Shown in pieces: positions 49,850 to 64,000 of a DNA stretch of 64,000 bases. The stretch is from NCBI GenBank assembly GCA_001949185.1, contig BDGG01000006.1, positions 354,827 to 418,826 on the forward strand, written 5' to 3'. Within the stretch, counting starts at the first letter, position 1. Every line of letters starts with the position of its first letter. This DNA is from Ramazzottius varieornatus. Taxonomy: Eukaryota; Animalia; Tardigrada. The notes below the pieces were generated by a model that searched no databases, was not told the origin of the DNA, and saw nothing but the letters and a program-made list of their open reading frames with translations. The position numbers and the translations under genes are program-made.

Positions 49850-51377
49850 TACAGTTCTCCAGTCGCCAGTCGCAGATAATCGGACCGAACATGGATTAAC
49901 CGACCATCCGGAAGCCGAATACGCACAGACGTCCTAAGAAGAAAAGGGCAATAAATTGTCCGATTGAGGCTCGTTAAAGCTGCTCGAGAAGACGTACAAA
50001 GCAAGCTTACGGCGTAGCGGCAGGAAGGACCTCAGCCCCCTCGTCAACCGGCTCAGCCGCAAGAGACTTCGGCTGCAAAGGTCCACCAAAAGGCAGCCGG
50101 GCTTCGTCCATATTAACCATGTAGACAATCATGTCCGCCATTTCTTCCGCCGTGAAGAATTCATCCTGAAACATAACAAGACAGAATCCGCTCAGTGACA
50201 CTTGTGCGGATAGCTCAAGTGTGAAACCATGCTGACTGTCACTCTTCTGGCAATCCCGCAGAACTCCTTCAGAGTCATTCTGGGGAAACAGATCAAGTTC
50301 AAAGCATCGCCAAGCATTTCTCGTTGGTTTTTCGGACCGTCCGCCAGTCGACCTTGACGTTCGGATTCAGCCTTTGCCCACCTGCAACATATGAATTCTT
50401 ACGGTACTATTGCCATATTGCAGCACTTGAGAAATACGAGATTATCGTCGCCAATAACTCTATGGCTTCTTCGTAAATGGAAATTTCCGGCAGCTTGTTC
50501 GGACCTTCCATACGCGTATCTATCTGCCAGATGTAGATGAGACGTGCTCGAGTCAGGTTTTTGTAGTACTCCTCCTTCTGGAAAAGCTTCCAAGCGTTTG
50601 CATCGACGAAGGCAGCACAGTGTTTGTTGACCACCGCATCCTCGTACGAATCCATCTACAATGCATTTGCACCAAGCTGACCAGGAACTTCGAAGCGTGG
50701 GAAAGTATGCATAATGATAAGTAATAAAGAAACACGTCTCGCCATCTTACCATTTCCAGGATGTCGCCGATCTACTCCATCGAGATGCACGTCCTGTCGC
50801 TTTCAGCGCAGATGCTTTTCAGGGGAACGATATCATACTTGTGAGCCACGTCGTAGATGCCGATAACGTTGTTCGGAGTGATATGCAACGTTTTGTCACT
50901 GTAGACATACCTAAAACAGAAGAAGAACCTGCCTGTAACATTCGCGAAAGCGGCGAAACTGATCAAAAATGTGGCAAAAGCGCTTTTGACATCTCAAGAT
51001 GAACGACGAACGATCCAGCGCGCAGCTCACTTCAGCATCAGCTTGAAGATGTCTGGCATGGTGTCCGTCACTTCCACCACTATATTTTTCTCGGGCAGGG
51101 ATCCGAAGAACATCGCGGCGAAGACAGGACTGCGAGCCGCCAGCAAAGCGCTAAAAAATGCAAAGGAATTCTTCAAGTAGGTTACTCTTACATGACACTA
51201 TCGTAATTATTGGTCTTACCGGTGAGCCTTCATATCTTCTCTTTGCCCGTCAGGTCCAACTCGGAAGACGACATCGCAGAACTCGGTTTTCAGGAAGAAA
51301 GACTCCAGCATGGACGTCGTGCTGGTGATTCCGCTTTGCCAGGCTACGTCCACCTGATTGCCAGCGTTGTCGGCCAT
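49850..51377 (-). pseudogene. BTB-BACK gene with premature stop (head-to-head with ISWI)
   Basis: 'FCDVVFRVG...KAHR|ALLAARSPVFAAMFFG', 'YVYSD...AHKYDIVPL' and BACK 'LNLICFPRMTLKEF'. An in-frame TAG at 50772-50774 precedes the splice donor. Confidence 0.72.
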
Positions 51378-51865
51378 CCTTCTCCAAACCCTTCGATACT
51401 CAACTCGCAGCGCTAAGCAGGCGGACTTCGGCGACCTCAGTAAGCTCCTGGTAAAACTGGGATTGTAGAAAGTCTTGTGATTTGTTGAGAGTCGAGAACA
51501 CACCGGAAAAATGCAAACATTTTGTATTCTTTATTGTTTATACAGCGCACCGTTACACCAATTCCCGGCTGAGCTGACGCAAACAGACAGGGATTACTAT
51601 TGTGGTTTGCTTGAAACTCACGTACGTCCTGCGCGAGTTTGAGAAGCAATGGGAAGTCGGAAAATTCTACTGTTCGGAGCGAACATTTTGGGCGGACAGG
51701 TGACGTCACGCCGGTTGTTTAATCTGGCAACTGTTGAACCACTGTTTGCCTGTTTTCTTCTCACTTCTTCAGCTTCAGCTTCAGCAAACGTCCCGTCTAA
51801 ATTGACTTCCTGAGACTTAACCGCAGATACAGGAGGAGTGCTTCCTTCGAGGAACTGTTATCGTG

Positions 51866-58815
<6,950 letters not shown>

Positions 58816-59125
58816 TGTGGTTTGCCGCTCATTCTCACATTGCTATTCGAGGTAGCAGACTTTTTGTTTTATTCCTAGCAGTGTGTGAATAATGCATCCC
58901 CCTAACCATATTACAGTATGACTTGACACGCAGAGGACCGAAAACCTGTGTGCACGATTTATTTCATCTTCGATAAGAAGTGAAAGTCGGATCGTATGGA
59001 CTTTGTTGATCGTAAGAGGTTGAGAATGAAAAGGGCAATACCGTAAAGGGCGGATCGGCGTACATTTTATCGGGCTTATCAGGTGACATTTGGGTGGTTA
59101 ACAGTGGGTCGCCGTCGCCCATGTA

Positions 59126-60346
59126 TCAGGTGCGGAAGTATGACATGTTACTCCCCCGACGAAGATTTTCAAAAACTTCTCCTGGTTCCGAACCTCGGAA
59201 TTTGTGATCAGGTCATCCACTCATACTAGCAAGGTACTTCAGTCATTTTTTCGGCATCGTGTTCGTGCCTGTAATGTAAGAGAATAGGACAAGAGAAACG
59301 ATAAAGTCTCGGTAGCCATTTTTGGTAGCCGCTGCGGAAGAAATTATTCTTTCTCGCTGGAGGTGCTGAAATTCTGCGACATAGTGATAATCCTTCGGTA
59401 TCAGAACCCCTCTCTCTGGTGTACGAAGGAGAGTTTCCAGTTCCACCTCCTGCAGTTTTGCGGAAGCGTTTTGTTCAACGTGCACTCTAGAGCTGACTTG
59501 CAACAGTGGTGCTTTGAGTTGACCGAAAGATTTCGTNNNNNNNNNNNNNNNNNNNNNNNNNNNNNNNNNNNNNNNNNNNNNNNNNNNNNNNNNNNNNNNN
59601 NNNNNNNNNNNNNNNNNNNNNNNNNNNNNNNNNNNNNNNNNNNNNNNNNNNNNNNNNNNNNNNNNNNNNNNNNNNNNNNNNNNNNNNNNNNNNNNNNNNN
59701 NNNNNNNNNNNNNNNNNNNNNNNNNNNNNNNNNNNNNNNNNNNNNNNNNNNNNNNNNNNNNNNNNNNNNNNNNNNNNNNNNNNNNNNNNNNNNNNNNNNN
59801 NNNNNNNNNNNNNNNNNNCTTCTTGATCTTTTCCCCTCCGAGCCATGTCTAAATGTCCAGTGAGGATTTTAGGTAGACACTTTAAATTCTCTTAAAGGTT
59901 TTGCAACAGTTCGGGAAGGAACAAATTCGACATACTCCCTCTGGACGCTGTTGTACATCTTCAGTTGCGGACTTCCCAAGGGGTGACTTCCAACCTAGGA
60001 ATCTCCAGAGCGGAGAAGACGTACCCAACCTCTTACGGTTCAGCCGTTAGCTGCTTCATTACGAGAAACGAAGCATATCTTAGCGCCTGCCTGGGATACG
60101 CTGACGCCTTAAGAAAATTCAAATAGTTGAATCGCCTAAAATTTTGGTTATCCATGATTCTGACAAAACCATTCTTGCCCTACCCCGAAGCTGAAAAACT
60201 TGGGTTAATGGAATGCCAAACGATAGCTAGGAGTGGACACAGTGACTGGAAAAAAGGCTCAGGACAAACGAACAAGGGGGAGTGTAACAATGAAGTTTTG
60301 AAGTTGACTTGTTTCCAGGAGTAACAAATCATACTTCCGCACCTGA
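59126..60346. mobile_element. Non-autonomous mariner-like element, copy 2 (inverted relative to copy 1; contains an N gap)
   Basis: TA|TCAGGTGCGGAAGTATGACATGTTACTCC...GGAGTAACAAATCATACTTCCGCACCTGA|TA. The body is a near-identical reverse complement of 28913-30076. Confidence 0.93.
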
Positions 60347-61778
60347 TAGCAACAATTGCCCAGTTCCAACAGTTAAAAAGGAAATGGTTTGTGGATTAAT
60401 CGATTTAATAATTCAAAGGATATTGCCTCGTACGGAAGTCGGACTTTGCAAACAACAGTAACTAAAGGCATCTGGATGCTGGACAGCGGTAGCAGTACTC
60501 GTACAAGATGACAATAGTTCGCAAAGTAACGCCAACGAATACGTAGGCTTCACATCAAACTGTACGCCGAACTGCGGTCGGCAAAGCTTTTCATCTGAAC
60601 ACTGCCACCGTCCGCATTCCGAACGATCGAGCTTTCAAACAGTACTATATGACGGACTTTTCCCTGTTTTGAGCAACGTCTTCCGCAGGTAAGGACACGG
60701 CTAAGATGGGCAACATCATGTTTCGTATTTGGCATGGAAAAAACCCCAGTACACCACTTGAGCCATAAATTTGTTTCCCATAGGATATGTTGGACTCGTG
60801 CACGAGTATGGAAACGATTAAATACAGTCGGACGGACCAATGGACTTGGCGATCTCCTGGTGATTTTCGACTAAAGCGTTTTGCCTTGAAGTTCTCTACT
60901 TTTGACGGGCAGCGGGATTTTTTAGGGCTAACGTGCGCGTTGAAGCTACGTGTCGAGTTACGGTTTCCATCAGCGTCCGCCCGGGATGATACTCGAATCG
61001 GATGGGTCCTTCGACGGCTCTACCAATGGCCTGTACACCTCGACTGTACGCTTGTCTTCTCGGATGGAACATGGCGTTTTCTCGCCAATCTTCACACGAG
61101 CATTCGAATGGCACATGGCAGATTACCGTCACGTATATGGAAAACAAGTCGACAAAGACATCAGACGTATTACTGAATTTCCTTTATTACTACCGATAGC
61201 AGGAGAAAGTGTTTAGTGTCGTCATGGAGGTTCTAATCGCAGCGGACAAGTAGGAATTTTACGAAGTGACGAAGGCCTGTAAGAATATTCTAGTGACTCG
61301 GATGGCAAATGGGGTCAGCCGACGAATTCCGTCCCTGTTCTGTTCTGGCTATGTGTCTGCAGATCTACTTGAAGGCATTGCTAATTATAGATCCGCCAAT
61401 CCGACGATAGACGCTATCGACAAGGCTATGAATGTCGCCTTCGAGCTTGGGCGACCTGACCGCGTCAAAGATTTGGTCGAACGCCCGCGAACCCCGGAGA
61501 ACCCTAACGACCAGATTTCTCCTTGGGTTCCCTCTTCGCATGCCGTATCTGATTCGCAATCACAGTGATAGCTTACTAATGTTCTTCTCCATTGCCGTAT
61601 GCGCTAACGTATAATGGCTATTTTTGGTGTAAGCTTGTTACGGTTGATATAGATCAACAGACACTCGTTGTGAAGACTGCAACGTTTGGAAAGTATGATA
61701 CGAACTGAGGTTTAACAAGAAACAACAAGAAACAAAGTCCTAGCCATATGGTAGATTAACCGCGTTGAATTCCACCTC

Positions 61779-64000
61779 TCATGACGGCCCGTTCATTTCA
61801 CCATGGGCCGAATTATAGTCGTAGAAGCCGCTGGACTGCCTCATCTGAAAATCTGGATGTGAACCGGCACTGGTCTGTACCCCGAACTGCAGCGGTGTGA
61901 TGGCACTGGCACTTCCTTGTCCATTCTGATTTTGCGGGTTGGCTGGTCCTTGCGACGGAGGTCCATTCCACATGCCATCCTGACCTGGGCCATCACGCTG
62001 CATCGGAGGTGGTCCAGCCGCTCCAGCTGGCCCATTATCCGGCCCCGGGCCCTGGTAGTAAGGACCTCTTGGTCCATCCGAGTAAGGTGTCGGGTTCATC
62101 TGCGAGCCATCTCCCTGGTACATTGGCCCACGACCTGGTGGCGGAGAGCCAAACCGCCATCGACCGGGCTGGTACATGCCTGCTCTGTCCCGCGGTGGAC
62201 CACCTCGTGGTGGACCGTTGTCCATGTAGCCGAATGCTGAAGGCCCGACATCGGGGTCGCTGGTCATGTCCGAAAGGGATAATCCTTCCGGTCGAACACG
62301 CCGACGTTCAACCAGCCGTGAATCCTGGTCATTACTGTTCAAAAAAATATTAAAACTAGTGTCAGAAGGCGAGCACACCTTAACGCTTTATGGCGTCTGC
62401 AAGCTTGAATAGTTGGACAGTAGAAGATTGGCAGACTAGAGGCACTGCATCGATGTTGCATTCCGACTGTACAGTACGTCCATACATTGTGCAGAGTATC
62501 GCACGAAGCATCTAACTTAGTTTTCTATTGACTCTGCTGAGGAGAAGTCTCCCACTGACTCTTGTGTAATAACCGGGTCAGTTTGTAACATAGATTGACT
62601 GACAACTTACGCATGGGAAACTGGTGTTCCAACATCAGCAGACCAGGTTTTTCCTGGTGGTCCACGTTGTGAAGGCGACCAGTTCGATGGTCCTCTGTTG
62701 AAGGAGCTGGCAGACGCAGCTTGGCCATAGTCCGCTCTTGACGATTGCGGACCATTGGGTGGGGGATTGCGTACTCGGATAGGCTTATATCCGTTAGCGA
62801 GCGCGTTGCTGCTGGTGGAGTCGACATAGGCCAGACTTTGTGAAGCGTCGCCTTGCAGCAAGGCAGGTAAGGCGTTTTGTGGCTCCGGTGGGCGGATGTA
62901 ACAGCTACAGGCGGTGGGCAAGCGGAAAATGTCGGTGTACAGGCCACGTCTAAATTGAAACAGAAGAGAATCGGTATTTGTTTGCACGCGTAGCTGTGAG
63001 GCTTCAGTGTCAGCGGGAAGAAGAAAGCGTACCCTTGTGGTTCGAAGGCGATCAAGCGTTGGAAGCTGTACTTTTGTACGCAGCGTGTTTCGAAGCTGGT
63101 GGACATGTAGCTGCATGGTGCATGTGGGTAAAAACATTGCTCCAGCCGCACTAGAATGAAATAGAGGAAAGCTTCCTTTCACTTTTTATATACGATGTAA
63201 ACGACATAATTCGGGCATATCGAGTTTCGCACCATAATTCGGGCAACGCGAAAGATGTGAACATTACCTTCAACGCTTGATCCATCCCTCATCGTACGTG
63301 TGTTGATCCAACATTAGGCTTTCTAACACTGGACAGACCCATCTCTATACCAGGCCAAATTCCCGTATTCTACAACGCTTTCCCGTTCTCAAACCTGTTG
63401 AAACCTCGAGGAGAGGGATCACTCTACCTCAGGAAACAAGAAGCGGTTCATTACGCGCAGCAGGATCTGAGAAAAAATATGCCCGAATTACGAGTGAAAA
63501 ACCACTATGCCCGAATTATGTCGTTTACCTCGTACAGTATACAAGGTATGCATTGTTTCATCCCATTATGTTTTCGTCTGGCCTTTTGATCGGGATTTTT
63601 GCTACGATTTCATCTCAACATTTCCACTCAAGATTCAGAGCAATGTACTGTACAATACCTGTCTGTGTCCAGGGTTTGAGGTTGACAATGTACTGCCATT
63701 CACCGCGAGCGTTCATTGCTTGGTAGATTGAACCATAGTTGATGAAGCTAGAAAACATGCATCATGCATTTACACTGTAGTACGAGTACTCGTAAAGGAA
63801 ATGCTCGGCTGGTGTCAGAATGACAGACTTACGCTGGACAAATGTAGCCGCCATCTTTGAAATAGTCATTCTTGTAGGCGTAGTTTTTATAGGCCGGACT
63901 ATTCCTGGCGGCGGATTTGGTGGGTAGATTCATTTTGTCTCCATAATAGAAGGCATAGTCATAGGTGGCTTCCTCGTCGACAGCCACACCGTCCACCAGG
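61779..64000 (-). CDS. Spaetzle/neurotrophin-like cystine-knot protein, 3' part (continues beyond the window)
   Basis: Spliced 'GGYICP...AMNARGEWQYIVNLKPWTQT|VRLEQCFYPHAPCSYMSTSFETRCVQKYSFQRLIAFEPQ|RGLYTDIFRLPTACSCYI' is a Spaetzle domain. It is followed by a Gly/Pro/Gln-rich tail in exon about 62331-61779. Confidence 0.85.
63193..63532. mobile_element. 340-bp MITE with TA TSD in an intron of the Spaetzle-like gene
   Basis: TA|CGATGTAAACGACATAATTCGGGCATA...TATGCCCGAATTATGTCGTTTACCTCG|TA, with a duplicated inner ATAATTCGGGCA motif. Confidence 0.88.

Noticed and set aside
4323-50774. Stop-codon recoding or selenocysteine as the explanation for in-frame stops
   Set aside because: The stops are of all three types (TAA, TGA, TAG), co-occur with frameshifts, and the same codons terminate intact genes.
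60550-61570. Possible decayed gene on the + strand (several medium ORFs, some splice-like sites)
   Set aside because: No coherent model or recognisable domain could be built; it needs BLASTx.

Overview
Compact, intron-rich animal genomic DNA with short GT-AG introns. It is not prokaryotic, and I saw no rRNA, tRNA or CRISPR features. The compact gene structure plus a true Wnt4 and a Spaetzle-family gene fit a non-insect ecdysozoan such as a tardigrade (inference only). Gene order: two tandem arylsulfatase-B-like genes, both disabled (-); Hand bHLH (-); an intronless secreted neuropeptide-like precursor with two AKH/GnRH-like motifs (+); Wnt4 (-); a pentameric-type thrombospondin (+). Next is a tandem duplication carrying the thrombospondin 3' end and an unrecognised secreted Cys-repeat/mucin-like gene (two copies, -). 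Then: a Mos1-like non-autonomous mariner element, with an inverted second copy about 29 kb away; a 5'-truncated CRE-like RLE retrotransposon; a cluster of cullin-adaptor genes and pseudogenes (four BTB, one ankyrin-SOCS); Arl1; a Ly6/quiver-like gene split by a pogo-like transposon; ISWI (+); and the 3' part of a Spaetzle/neurotrophin-like gene (-). Many small MITE/foldback elements sit in introns. The best candidates for something undescribed are the double AKH-like precursor and the duplicated furin-processed Cys-repeat secreted protein. Exon boundaries were read by eye and are approximate.
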